Source of the DNA: Octopus sinensis
Taxonomy: Eukaryota
Direction: 5' to 3'
NCBI RefSeq assembly: GCF_006345805.1
Contig: NC_043008.1
Location: forward strand, 35,030,001-35,094,000
DNA length: 64,000 nt
The notes under the pieces are model-generated. The model worked only from the letters and a program-made list of their open reading frames with translations, had not been told where the DNA came from and ran no database searches. The translations under genes and the position numbers were made by a program. This document shows positions 24,643 through 38,350 of this stretch, one piece after another; position 1 is the stretch's first letter; every line of letters begins with the position of its first letter.

Positions 24643-25620
24643 ATACATAGTGGTATTGACATTATCGGAAATTTTTTGGAATCACCAGATTTAACGTTCA
24701 TGGGCCCTCATGACATTTCGTGGTCTGGTTGCGAGATCCACAAGCCTCATCACACACCACATGAATCGCTGTGTTGATCGTCATATTAGTTTAACTGATT
24801 TGGCTTTGTGCAGCTTCATAAATACGCTTTCGTTTGGTTCGTGCAATGTTGGCCCCTAGCATAGATAATCCTTCTCCGCTTGTTTCTTATATTTACCAAT
24901 AAATGTCACTTCTACACAGAAAAGCCACACTTTTTCAAATTTTCTCTCAATGCAACTTCAGCCATTTTCATTTCTGTCTCGAGTGCGCTTTCCTTAATTG
25001 GCAACCAATGGTTCGAGATACTCAAGATTTAGCGAGGTCATCGAAAATGATAATGGACATCACACCAATATTTCCTCATCTGTTCAGCTATTGAATATGT
25101 ATGTTTTTCACCAAACATTTCTGATTGTATATTTCCCGGTTAAGGACAGGACACTTATAAATTATCTAATTTTCAGAGCCATCGCACAAGATTTGCTAAA
25201 ACTTATACACTTTCAAGTTGGGTGTCTGACTCATAAGCTTCAGAGATTCATTTTCTCGGCAGATCAAAGTTTACTTTGGAAATATTTATATTCGCTATTG
25301 GTTATTCTCATCAAGATCGGTTTTCTCTGATAGCTGGCCATCTCCCAAATATTTTAAGTATTCTAACTTTTCCAGCATCTGTCCATGTACCCGAAGTAGA
25401 TGATAGCTTTCCAGATATTAAGGATTAGTTTTTTTGACTGGGATCTTCTACATAAAAGACCTTTCCATTTAACTATGGAAAGTTAGAGCTATGTTCACAA
25501 AAAACATAGTGTTGGGAATTAACTGCAGGTCTTCTGTTAAAGTAGCGTTAAATTTAGCGTTAAGTTCAATTGGCGAAGGAGTCGTGGGCACCGCTCAAGA
25601 ATCTGTCTGTCTGTCTGTTG

Positions 25621-25654
<34 letters not shown>

Positions 25655-25784
25655 GTCTGTCTGTCTGTCTCTCTCTCTAATACACACGCACGCACACAAT
25701 AAACAGCGATGATTAAAAGTGAAGCTATGTAGATTTATACTTAAAACGCTCGTGTATATTCAAACATGACACACTTTCTATCTT

Positions 25785-25879
<95 letters not shown>

Positions 25880-25892
25880 GCCTGCATGTCTG

Positions 25893-25949
<57 letters not shown>

Positions 25950-26103
25950 TTCTCTCTCTCTCTCTCTCCTCTCTCTCTATCTATCTATCTACATTTCTTC
26001 TTAGGTAGAGCCTGCCAATACCACCTTCATTTCTTCTAAGGTAGAACCTGCCAATATCACTGTTTCTGTGGAAGTTCCCAGTTATTGTCAGGATGTATGT
26101 ATG

Positions 26104-26135
<32 letters not shown>

Positions 26136-26388
26136 TGTATGTATGTATGTATGTGTGTATGTATGTATGTATTTATGTATGTATGTATGTATTTATGTAT
26201 TTATGTATGTATGTATGTGTGTGTGTTTGACTGTGTGTGTATGGACGTAGTACGTATGCACGTTTGTCTACGCACATTTCTTTATTATTATCTGTCTACT
26301 TTTTAATATTAGACGTGTGTGTGTATATATGCATATATGCATGTAATACATATACAGATGCTTGTACATATGCATAAATATATATATA

Positions 26389-26447
<59 letters not shown>

Positions 26448-27001
26448 ATTTTGATCTGAGAACATAAACTTTTTGTGGAGAATGGCGATTTGACGTCTAT
26501 ATCTAGCATGTTGACTGTCCACTTTTCGTGTTCAGTCCTTAATTGGTATATATATATATATACACACATACATACATGTTTACATCATGGTACACCAACC
26601 CACGAATGAAATTTTATGCCCAACACCCTCATATATATGTCAGATACCCCCAAGAGATATCTTGACTGAAACAAAAGAAGATTGTCACTTCGCTTGTGAT
26701 CAGCTTGGATTATTCAAGGGTAAAGAAAATAACTCGTTCATATAGAGACATGATTATCTACAATCTAACATGTGATCCTAATCCATGTGTATTTCTTCAC
26801 GACTACCTTTTCTTTATTATTTTTTCCCTCTCTTCCTTCTCTCTACAGCTTCTCCTGGACTTTCCTCTAGCGTCCGACGAAAGACTATATCCGAAGCGTC
26901 ACAAGCATACTCTATAATATTTCCTCCACCTTTGAGCATCAACTTAATAACATTAGCTATCAAAGTCTTTCGGACTTTTCTTGTTTCATGCTATAATTTG
27001 T

Positions 27002-27033
<32 letters not shown>

Positions 27034-27430
27034 CATACACACATACATACATACATACATACATAAATACATACATACATAAATACATACACACACATAC
27101 ATACATACATATATTACACTCTGAAATCGTTATCGAGGCTAAGTCTGCAGAGTAAAGAATGGTTATAAGAGGAATCCAGGTGAGCTGATATGGAGATAAT
27201 GATGCAAATAAACAAATCAACGAGCTCGGACTTGATATATAAAATATACATACATGCATACATGTAAATATATATAGGGATATATTTAGAGAGAAGCAAA
27301 ACTGAAAATATCCAGAAGACGAACGTTCATGCGTGAGCCAAAAGATATTTATATATTTACAGAACAGATTTACATGGAGTGCAAAAAATACAGAGAACTA
27401 AAGGGAGAGGGCATGGTATTCAGTATGTAT

Positions 27431-27627
27431 AAGGCGGCGAGCTGGCAGAATCGTTAGCACGTCGGGCGAAATTCTTAGCGGTATTTCGGCTGCCGTTACG
27501 TTGTGAATTTCGGGGTCGATAAATTAAGTACTAGTTAAGCACTGGGGTCGATATAATCGACTTAATACCTATGTCTGTCTATGTTTGTCCTCTGTATGTT
27601 TAGCCCCTTGTGGGTAATAAAGAAATA
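27431..27627 (+). mobile_element. SINE family A with 14 bp TSD and ~40 bp internal deletion
   Basis: Direct repeat GGTATTCAGTATGT at 27415-27428 and 27628-27641. The segment between ..GTGAATT and TCGGGGTCG.. that is present in other copies (B box to CATCC) is missing. Confidence 0.9.
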
Positions 27628-27638
27628 GGTATTCAGTA

Positions 27639-27677
<39 letters not shown>

Positions 27678-27839
27678 GTGAGAATGTATGTATGTATTTA
27701 TGTGTTTGTGCTGTTTGTACAATCACCACCTGATAACCGGTGATGGTTTGTTTACATCCCTGTAACTTAGCTTTATAGAAAAATACACTGATAGGATAAA
27801 TATCAGACTTTGAAAACAAGTACTGGCGTCCATCTTGAA

Positions 27840-28048
27840 ATATATATATATACAAATATACATATATATGTAGACATACATATATATGTGTGTGTGTATA
27901 TATATATATATATGTATATATATACATATATACATACGTATATATATATATATGTATATACATATACACATACGTATATACATATATATATATGTATATA
28001 TGTGTATATATATATACATATGTATATAGTATATATATATATATATAT

Positions 28049-28082
<34 letters not shown>

Positions 28083-28135
28083 ATATGCATGTATATATAT
28101 ATATATATATACATACATGCACACATGTATATATA
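27840..28135. repeat. (TA)n-rich microsatellite
   Basis: Seen directly. Confidence 0.9.
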
Positions 28136-28822
28136 CATGAATCTGTTTCCAAGTCTTTGCATGTATATATGTACGTGTGCATAGATAAAAATGTGCGCGT
28201 TCAGGCAAATGGCCGTTGTACCAATCCGGCACGACGACTCAACGTCTGAATAAATGATAAAAATAAATGAATAAATCTATCGGTTGAAGGAAGAGTGTAC
28301 TCTGGACTACACTGCAATAGTTTGTCTAATTTCTTCACACCAACAAGAAAACATAAAGTCAACATCATAAGCTACAGTATAAAGCATAACAACAATGGTG
28401 GTTACTTGGTATCATCTCAATTTATCAGACGATGGTTGCTTGTTATGGTAACGGACAGATGTCGCTGATATGATAAGAACGTTTGACCCTTTGCATCAAG
28501 TCGTCTGGTATTTTATCGATCTGGCAACTACAGGCCTGCATCGGTATTGTGATCAATGTTTATGTTTGCCATCAAATGGAACACCAGAATTATATAGTTC
28601 CGACCACATTATGATCTCTCTCAGCTCTCATATTTATTTTGTTGCTTACAACGGCGTAGCTAATAATAGGTAATATCTTTATTTTTGCACACGCGCACTT
28701 GTGTGTGTATGTATGTATGTATGTGCGCATGTAGGTATGTTTGTATGTAAGTATGTATGTGTGGATGGATGTATGCCTATATGTATATATGTGTGTCTCT
28801 ATATATATACGTGTGTGTATGT

Positions 28823-28853
<31 letters not shown>

Positions 28854-28975
28854 AAATGAAAATAACAAGAAACAGCAAAAGTCCAAGGGACGTTCATAGT
28901 TAATATTATGTATATATAGTATATATATATATATATATATAGTATGTATATATATGTGTATATATATATATATAT

Positions 28976-29007
<32 letters not shown>

Positions 29008-29009
29008 AT

Positions 29010-29076
<67 letters not shown>

Positions 29077-30037
29077 GTATGTATATATATATGTATATAT
29101 ATACAGATATAAATATAGATATAGAGATATTGAATATCAAACATGATGTAACCTAAATCTGAACATCAGAAAAAAATGTAGTAGAGCCTATATCTTTATC
29201 CCCACTATAATAATAAAAAAAAGCTTCTATATTTGCGAATAGACGCTGCAATGAAAAGTTAAATAAAGGAAACAGAAGTAAAAATAAAAGCGAAAAAAAA
29301 ACAAGAAAAGGAAATAAAATTCGTTGTATGGTATCGTTATTAGAGTGAAGCCTTCCTTTATTTGTGAATTTATTCTATAGATTAGCGGTAAATGCTGTAC
29401 AGTAACTAGTGAAGCAACATCAAACCGAAAGCGAAAGTAACTCGTTGCAATTCTCCATTTAAATCTTGTCACTATATTTAGTTATTTCATTGAAGGCAGT
29501 GAGATAGCAGGAGCGTTAGACCAGGCAGTGCTAAGCTGCGTCTCTGGGAAGCTTTTTTGATTGGCACACGTAACAAAAAATCACCCTGAATTTTCTTTAG
29601 TAGCGCGGCCCATCTAATGATGAGTCATGTTTCATGCAGCCGGTTCTCGAAAATGAGTTTGACCGTCGAAAAAACTACTTTGTGGTATTACTTCATGCTC
29701 TTTATATTCCGAGTTCGAATCTCGCCGAGATCAACTTCAATTTATTATCCTTTCGGAGTCAATATAATGAACATCAGATATTGTTTCCAGCGAGGTTCAA
29801 ATCTCTGCGACATTACCTTTACCTTTCTGTCCTTCAGTATCGATAAATTAAATTACCAGCCAATTTAAGTGATGAATTTTTTGTCTTCATCTCAGTCACT
29901 ATCTCTGCTATTTGTGTCCATTATCGGATTCCATACTTTTCATAAACTGTTCTTTTGTATTACAGTGTCTCAACTAATGACTGGACTATTTCAGTTTTAT
30001 TTATAGCATTAAGTTTATAAACAAGACATACGTAAAG

Positions 30038-30114
<77 letters not shown>

Positions 30115-31888
30115 GCACGCACACATACATATAAAAGAAAGTAAAATAAGAGGAGGAGTTTCTGTTGGTTTCGACGCTGTGTATTCAGTTATTCAACCAA
30201 CTGGCTGAGTATTCCACAACTCCTTTAATTTAATCCACTGACAGAATCAGCTTTATTGTATATGACAATGCTTATCATTTAAATTCATTCAGCACACGCT
30301 TATAAAAATTTTCCGTCAACCTAAATGTCAGGTCTCTAGGCTGAGATCGACGTAGAGCTATAATAAATGACAGTTTCCCAACATACCACGCAGTGAGGAT
30401 CGAGCCTAGGATCTCGTGACTGCGAATCAAACAACTTAACCATTCGGCCATTGTGCGCCCAAATATTTATGCTACTATTTTGATAAACAAGCCGTAAGAC
30501 ACAAATGCACGCATACACATACAATGAAATACGCACACAGCCTAATGCAACCATTCATAATCATGAACATTCTCATATTTTTACTGCTCACTGAAGTCCA
30601 TTTATTTTCGAGTCCACTCGAGTCCAGTGATGGAGATAAAATTAAAAATATGGTCGTATTGTTGGGTATTATATCATGACCAAATTCTCCCAGGAAGAAT
30701 AAGAAGTGGTCACTGCAAGTTACGTTGTAATGCTAAGCATTGTAATTCGTCAATTTTATAGCGCAAACGCCGCTGATACAACACGAACCACTGATCCAGC
30801 TGACTGACTTTTTTGCTATCGTATCGATTCAACCGTTACTTATTCTCATTAATCTTAGCATTGCAGATAAAAACAAATAAGGAAAAAGAAAAAAGAAAAA
30901 GAAAAGGAAGCAATTCGAGGAGATAGCATCTACGCCATGGCTTGACCTCATAGAAATAGCTTCTAAATCTTCCTCAAATTATGTCGTATTCTCTTAAAAA
31001 ATGTGAACGTCAGAAGCACAAAATGAATGGCGTAGCCCTAACTACATTGTCTAAAGGATGGACAGAGTTGTCATAGTTGGAGCGTATTTGACAATAAGTC
31101 ATCACGATCTGGCCTAAACAGTATTAACAACAAACAATAAATGGAACAACTTGTATAAAATAGAAGTTTATATCCTCAACCGATTGTTCGTATTTCAACA
31201 TTGGAGCGTTGCTGATCATTTAGCCAAGAAATTTAACTCTCGCTGTTCCGATACATCAAGTATAGAGGTCAACACAGGAAAATATTTACCATAAATGTGA
31301 TTTCTTTTCCTTCTTTGCACTTTTCTATTTCTCCTTTCCGACGGAGAACAATGCTCTGAAACGTCAAAGTCTCTCTTTTTACCGCGCGTCAAGCTAACAC
31401 ATTTCTTGTAGACATCTTGTCCGTTAATTTTTCCTGCTTATTTGAATCGACTACATTCGTCTACCAAAATCCACTCACAAAGCTTTAGTCGCCCGCTGTC
31501 AAAGTAGAGACTTGGCGAACGTTCCATTCTGCGGGACTGAACCCGGAACCATGTGGTAAGGAAGCAAACTTCTGATCACTTTGAATAATGGCAATCTCAC
31601 AAAGGTCTGGTATTTTTTGGAAACGTTCCAACAGTGGTAAATCTAGGGAGTATAGATATGAATTATGGGGCTATTGCTTGCCGTTTTGCAGAGTAACACC
31701 AGCTGTGTTGTTCTTGTCATCGTCGTCGCATTTGTTGCTGGTGTCGCTCTTCAGCACCAGATCAGACCAGTAACGACTGAACAAAATCTTTAAACACAGG
31801 TATTCCAACCATAAGCGTCTAATGTTTTTTACAACACACATTTTGTATCGTCTACAACTGCATTACTTATACCTAGAGATATTTCAAT

Positions 31889-31950
31889 CACCTGAAGATT
31901 GACTGTAACTCGAATTTTACGAATTGGACAGCCATGAAACGATCGTAGTG
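31889..31950 (+). ncRNA. Type-I hammerhead motif (near intact) in a Penelope-LTR-like segment
   Basis: CAC-CTGAAGA-TTGACTGT..ACAGCCAT-GAAA-CGATCG-TA-GTG: stem I CAC/GTG, palindrome ACGATCGT 31939-31946, GUA triplet; stem II has two mismatches. Downstream sequence (32010-32075) is homologous to 49825-49885. Confidence 0.65.
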
Positions 31951-32076
31951 TTATACCCATTATCTTTTTTTAATAATTTTGATATATATTTAAAATAATA
32001 TAAATAATTAATCTTATGTATTGGCTTAAGTTTTTCATTGTATGATTTGCCTAATAGTGGTTTTATCTCTAATTTA

Positions 32077-32120
<44 letters not shown>

Positions 32121-32609
32121 ATATTTATATGTATGTATGTATGTATTGTGATTTTCGATTTCAGAGATATATACTACTATTTCTGTTTGGTTGGTCAACC
32201 ATGCAGAAGCTCTCACGTTAACTAAATACAGAATACATCGGAATGACTTCCGGTTTTTTTCTCTGTTTTTTTTTTCTTTTTTAGGTCTGACAATTGGACT
32301 CAGCAGTAAAAGATCACGAACCGAACCACTTGCCAGATTTACAGTGTTTCTTCTTTACTGTATAGTATTTCTTTTTACGTCTAAGCAGACGGAGCCATTT
32401 GAAGGTCAAATGTTTTGATGGCAAGGAGTGATGGCAAGAAACGTAGCGTCATCTCTTCTGTAAGTTATCCACTTAGACGAGATTTCAACGCTTTTTTGTG
32501 CTTTATATCATACAAGCTGTTTCATTATTTATTTATCTATTCTGTCACTTCGCAAACCTTCTAAAAACAACAACTACTACAAGAAGTAACAGCAATTATA
32601 ATAACGATT

Positions 32610-32790
32610 CCTAATATTGGTTGAAGGCCGGCACTTTTAGGGGAAGGGAAAATCGATTATGCGGGCTCCACTGTTCAATTAGAACTTATTTTATCGACCC
32701 CAAAGGATTCAAAGACGAAATTTGAACTCACAACTTAACGAATAGCAAGAAATGTCGCCAAGGCTTTTTGTCCAACGCACAAATGATTCT
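32610..32790 (-). mobile_element. SINE family A (old copy)
   Basis: Plus strand ACTTATTTTATCGACCCCAAAGGA..GAAATTTGAACTCAC..ATGATTCTGCCA. Confidence 0.65.
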
Positions 32791-33269
32791 GCCACTTGGA
32801 CACTCTTACAACAACTACAACAAGAACAACAACGAGATCCTCAATAATTAGTAACAAACGAAATAAACAAAAGGTAATATTCTATATTCGATATATTTTT
32901 GTGCGAAGTGTTGAATCCTTTGCTCTATCCGCAAATTGCTTTCGATTTAAAATGTTCGGCAATGTTTATGCAAGTTAAACGTTTTCAAACCAATTCAATT
33001 TTATTCTATTGCCTTAAGTTAATTGCTCATAATTTAAGCGCTAAATGCTTCTGACTGAAATTACATCTCGTTTAGCATCAACACACACACACACACACAC
33101 ACCACACACACACACACACACACGCATACACACGTACACACACGCACACACACGCACACGCACACACACATACACACACACACACACACACGTACACATA
33201 CACACACACATGTACACTAACAGTTATTTCCTTTCCCTGTGTGTGTCTCTCATGTATACATACATACAT

Positions 33270-33332
<63 letters not shown>

Positions 33333-34516
33333 ATATTCACACATACATATATATACATATGTTTATATATGTAAAGTATATATGTATTACAAAACACACA
33401 CGCACACACACACACATATATATATATATACATATATGTATGTGTGTGTTCGCGCGTGTTGGATACAGCTCTTGATTTATGAATATTTGATTAAATTAAC
33501 AATTGAAGAGCAGAACTCGTGTAAGGACTCATTGTTCCTACTTTATCACGTCCCATCAGCTTAGTTGGAAGAGAGTGAGAGAGAGAGAGCGAGAGAGAGA
33601 GAGAGAGGGTAAGAGTGTGTGTGTGTGTATGTGTGTGTGCGCACGTGTATGTGTGATATTTTTCTATTAAAAGAGAAAAATGATTGGCTGATCTTTCACC
33701 TATATTAGTAGCCATTATCATAGCAAAGGTGGGAGTTGATCTATTATGTGACAGACGGCATTAGCCTCGAGAGGAACGACAACGACGACTACCATACTAG
33801 ACTCTCTTTACAGCAACCTAGTCTTTGCGTAACAGAAGTTTTCTGTGTTACTGTGTTGCTATTAAAGGAAAGAATATCAGAGAATAGATGTCACTGGAAG
33901 TTTGTATTGAGTGTACGACTGGCTTACATCGGTTTTCTGGTGAGTAGTGGTAGTGGAATAATGAAGTTATTGTTTATTGTAGCCAAACAGGGATAACCAG
34001 AGACATTTTGTCTTGGTGCAGCTAGGCTACTTTCGGGGTCTCTGAGAAGAACTCTTCTCATAATATAAGGAGGATGTGAATGTTTTCCTTTTCTTTTATG
34101 TTTTAGCATTGGAGGGAAGAAGGGTCTCATTAGATATTTACCATCCACATTTGTTCTCCAGAGCTCTGGAACGATCTACCGGCTGATTCTCATTGCAAAC
34201 TGTGTGTAACAGTCGTTTTGCACTTAGGAAGCCCTAATTGCTGGCGGTGTCATGTAAGCCGGGCTATTTCGCAAAGGCTTGGGAGAATAAACTTGAAATG
34301 TAAATCGAATACGACGATTACATAAACTTGAATGAATACCTTTACAAAAATACTTAATTAAAGAAACTAAACTAACACATACCAGGCTCATTACCTTGTG
34401 AAGAGCGTCGGGCAGAATACCTCATGGTATTACTTCCGTTTTTTGTAATCTGAGTTCAAATTCTGCCGAGTTCAACTTTGCTTTTTATCCCGTCGGGCAC
34501 AAAAGTATTAGTAGCG

Positions 34517-34752
34517 AAGGTGCGTGTCTTAGTGGCTAGGGCATTCGTCTCACGACCATAAGGTCGTAAGTTCAATTCTCGACGAGGCGTTGTGTCCTTG
34601 AGCAAAACACTTTATTTCACGTTGCTCCTGTTCACTCAGATGGCAAAAATGAGTAGTACTTGTATTTTAAAGGGCCAGCCTTGTTACATTCTGTGTCACG
34701 CTGAATCTCTCTGGGAAATTCGTTAAGGTTACACGTGTCTGTGGAGTACTCA
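34517..34752 (+). mobile_element. SINE family C
   Basis: tRNA-like head (CTTAGTGGCTAGGG..AGTTCAATTCTC) then GTGTCCTTGAGCAAAACACTTTATTTCACGTTGCTCC..GGCAAAAATGAGT; homologous to 35890-36025, 38197-38350 and 40888-41026. Confidence 0.85.
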
Positions 34753-35537
34753 GTATCAGTTTATAAATGTTAGTATTTAGACTATTCCAGAAAAAAAGCC
34801 ACCAAAGAAAACAAAAGGAAACAAACAAACAAATGAAGAAGAAAAGAGAAGCGGCGAATTGGTTTAATCATTTGACGGTCGGAAACAATGTTTCTCAGTA
34901 GTTGTTCCCACAACTCGTTAGTCGGAAATGAAATATTGTCGACATCAGCCTTTTCTCCTTACGATTAAAAAATGTAATGTCGGAACTGCAGGGATGTCGG
35001 AGTGGACGCCTTTCGTTATATGTTCCGGTAATTTTCGTCCTGAGCTTCAATCTTGTTGTGGCCTACTTCACTGCCTGATTTAATACCACTATCTGGCATC
35101 TTGGGTACCGTTAGTGGAGCCCATTCTGTTGTAAACATTGGAGGTTAGGTTTCCGGTTCGAGAATAAGTTCTTCATTCCACTAGTTTCGGGAACCCTGTG
35201 AAGGACCATGAGTAAGATTCGCTAAGAAACAATGCTTTAAACACAGTCAAAAAATATTTTTTCGGCAACGTCTTAGTGAACGGAATAATTTATTTGGTCA
35301 AACGGCAAACGGCACAACAGTAAAATGGCTTTAATCATGAATAGAACAGATACGAGATAAATAAACAAATAAAAAAAATACATTTGACAGGTTGTGGAGG
35401 CGACCAGAAAGCATTAAGTAGTCTATACTGAACCGCGTAAAACTTCGACTGGTATAAATACATGCATTGTTTTTGTATTACTTGGTGAGTTTGGTATAAG
35501 GGGTAGTGTTCAGTGACCTTTGCAGGCCATTTGAGGA

Positions 35538-35690
35538 TGGTGAGCGCGATGCCATTTATGTTCCGTTTGAACCGTTTCAGGTTAACATCTGCAGGAAAGG
35601 CGCGAGCTGGGAGAAGATTCCAGAAAGCCAATGTCGGGCGAGGAAAGACTAGGATTAGAAGTTAGTGCAGGATCGGGGTGGGTGGACGTA
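35538..35690 (-). mobile_element. 3' end of an L2/Crack-like LINE ORF2
   Basis: PRSCTNF*S*SF / TLAFWNLLPARAFPADVNLKRFKRNIN resembles the C-terminal SFFPRTxxxWNxLPxxxFP..NLxxFKxxxN motif of L2/CR1-group elements. Confidence 0.65.
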
Positions 35691-35889
35691 GATTGAGAAT
35701 GCCTGGGTAATGGAGGTACAACACGAATCACTTACGAGAATCAGACATCATTATAGTAAAGAGAGAGATAGAGAGAGAGAGGACAGTATGCTAGGACATG
35801 ACTGTCAAGTACACACACACACTCACACACACAATGATCAAAGGTCCTTTTCGACCATAAACCCCGTTCTGGATGAGACGTCGGCATAT

Positions 35890-36025
35890 CGCAGATTTGC
35901 TCATTTTTGCCAGCTGGACGGAGCAACATGAAATGAAGTGTTTTACTCAAGAATACCACACATGTCCCGGTCCAGGAGTCGAAACCCCAATCTTATGGTT
36001 GGTGCGTGCAACACTCCTGTAAACT
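35890..36025 (-). mobile_element. SINE family C, 5' part
   Basis: Plus strand CTCATTTTTGCCAGCTGGACGGAGCAACATGAAATGAAGTGTTTTACTCAAG..CCAGGAGTCGAAACC. Confidence 0.75.
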
Positions 36026-37176
36026 GATCCATACACCTCTACATATACGCTCACTTCTGTGTTAAGTACGCATTGTTAAAAATTTAACTCTGCACACGTT
36101 TTCTTGTATGTTAATGTTTGTACTTAACAATTTATGTTTGGTTTGGAATAACAATGTTCCGAGATTTATTTGTACCGTCGATATTTGAAGAATTTCATTT
36201 ACTTTTGTTGTTATTGAAAACATTTTCAAATAAGGAACTGTTTGTTCTTGGAGAAAAGCATGAGACTTCTGTTTGTATGTCTGTTTATATTTATTTGGCT
36301 TCAGGTCTCTTCCAGTTATAATAATATGATTTAGTTCAGTTATAATAATATAATTTAATAATATGATTTAGTTTCATATGTCAGTTTACTAATTGTAACC
36401 CAATGCCTTCGGTGAAAAAAAAAAATTGAAATGCGCAGACGACCAATGATAAGCGGCAAATAAACATTAGCATCGTTTCCATATTTCTCACTAAGAACCA
36501 AGAATGCCAATAATAATCACCACTTCAAATGATTTCGTTCTGTATATAAAGCCATGTAGTTCTTGAAGTGCCAATGATACAATGGGTCTTGGAACATTAG
36601 TATTGTGAGAAAAAAAAAACATTACGAAAACAAACGCAAAAAAGCAACAATAAACATACGCACACAATCAAAAAAATTTTCGACGTCTTTGTAACAAAAA
36701 TCAAAGCTACTCCATATTGAAATTACCACGCACGCGCGCACACACATAAAGCTTGAGTGTTGTGATTAATCGTCTACGCATAAAATTATTGACTGCACAC
36801 ACACAGCGAAATAGAGTCTATTATAGATGTGAGTGTGTAGTCAAGCAATATACGTGTTCTCAACTACGCGCCCATTACACCCTGATGTATATTTGTTCAT
36901 TCCCTTGAGAAGTTAAAGCGGAGACGAGGATTCCAGTCCCACGAGTCTTATTCCTCTCTCTCTCTGTCTCTCTATCTCATGGGAGCACTGTTTAAAGTAG
37001 TACATTTAGCTTCTTTTAAAAATGGGACAATTCCCTCGATTGTAAAAGAACGAGAATTCATATATGTGACATTGATAATGAAGAGACACACATTATAAAA
37101 CTTTACCCCCCGATCATCTACAATGGAGACGTGTAAAATTAAAATTCATATAAAACACACCAACGTTATTATAATA

Positions 37177-37427
37177 CAGTAGTTCTCAATTGGGGTCCAT
37201 CTTGGCCTTGGGGGTCCAAATAAGATTTTATTGTTAAAATTTATCAGCAATAAGTAGGTTATACTTCTACAATACACAAAACATTTTAATAATCTTCTGA
37301 TAAAATTCCGAGTGATTTAGAATTAAAAAACAGTGTTTTTTTAAACGTGGAATAGCTATGACGGTCTAGTGAAGTAAAATAGGAATCAAAGGGATTCCAT
37401 CGGCGACCAAATGGTTAAGAAACACTG
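37177..37427. mobile_element. hAT (Charlie-like) MITE, 251 bp
   Basis: TIRs CAGTAGTTCTCAAT / GTTAAGAAACACTG; 8 bp flanks TTATAATA and ATATAATC (6/8); a second partial copy lies at 46075-46189. Confidence 0.8.
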
Positions 37428-37440
37428 ATATAATCCTTTC

Positions 37441-37893
37441 TTATTTCTTTATTGCCCACAAGGGGCTAAACGTAGAGGGGACAAACAAGGACAGAAAAAG
37501 GGATTAAGTCGATTATATCGACCCCAGTGCGTGACTGGTACTTAATTTATTGAGCCCTGAAAGGATGAAAGGTAAAGATGACCTCAGCGAAATTTGAACT
37601 CAGAACGTAAAGACAGACGAAATACTGCTAAGCATTTCGCCCGGCATGCTAACGTTTCTTATTTCTTTATTGCCCACAAGGGGGCTAAACATAGAGGGGA
37701 CAAACAAGGACAGATAAAGGGATTAAGTCGATTACATCGACCCCAGTGCGTAACTGGTACTTAATTTATCGACCCCGAAAGGATGAAAGGCAAAGTTGAC
37801 CTCGGCGGAATTTGAACTCAGAACGTATCGGCAGACGAAATACGGCTACGCATTTCGCCCGGCATGCTAACGTTTCTGTCAGCTCGCTGCCTT
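37441..37893 (-). mobile_element. Head-to-tail SINE A dimer flanked by one 19 bp TSD
   Basis: Two copies joined at GCTAACGTTTCT|TATTTCTTTATTG (~37655); direct repeat CACTGATATAATCCTTTCT at 37423-37441 and 37919-37937. Confidence 0.9.
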
Positions 37894-37936
37894 CATATAT
37901 AATCCTTCATATATAATCCACTGATATAATCCTTTC

Positions 37937-38146
37937 TACTTTATAGGCATAAAGCCTGAAATTTGTGGGGAGAGGATTAGTCGATTACATCGACCCCAGT
38001 GTTTCACTGGTACTTAATTTATCGACCTGGAAAGGATGAAAAGCAAAGTCGTCCTCGGCGGAATTTGAACTCAGAACGTAGCGACGGGCGAAATACCGCA
38101 AAGCATTTCGTCCAGCGTGCTAACGATTCTGCCAGCTCGACGCTTT
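37937..38146 (-). mobile_element. SINE family A (older copy; its tail end is the target of the dimer insertion)
   Basis: Full head-to-tail homology to 169-383. Confidence 0.88.
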
Positions 38147-38196
38147 AGCAACACTAATATAATACAACCAATGTTCATGTTTCTGTATGTGTACGT

Positions 38197-38350
38197 GTTA
38201 AGGCGCGAGGTCAAGTAGTTAGAGATGTTTAGTTCACGATCGTAATGGCAATGGTTCGAATCCTGGATCAAACGGTGGCTTATATCCTTGAAGCAGGGCA
38301 TTTAATTTCTTGCTGTTCCAGTCTACTCACTTGAAAATAAATAGCATCCG
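38197..38350 (+). mobile_element. SINE family C, degraded
   Basis: AAGTAGTTAGAG..TCACGATCGTAA..GGTTCGAATCCTGGA..CCTTGAAGCAGGGCATTTAATTTC. Confidence 0.65.

Noticed and set aside
36315-36375. Short tandem duplication CAGTTATAATAATATGATTTAGTT
   Set aside because: Ordinary slippage duplication in AT-rich DNA.
37441-38146. Regularly repeated units suggesting a CRISPR-like array
   Set aside because: The units are ~215-240 bp SINE copies without unique spacers, in eukaryotic DNA with no cas genes.
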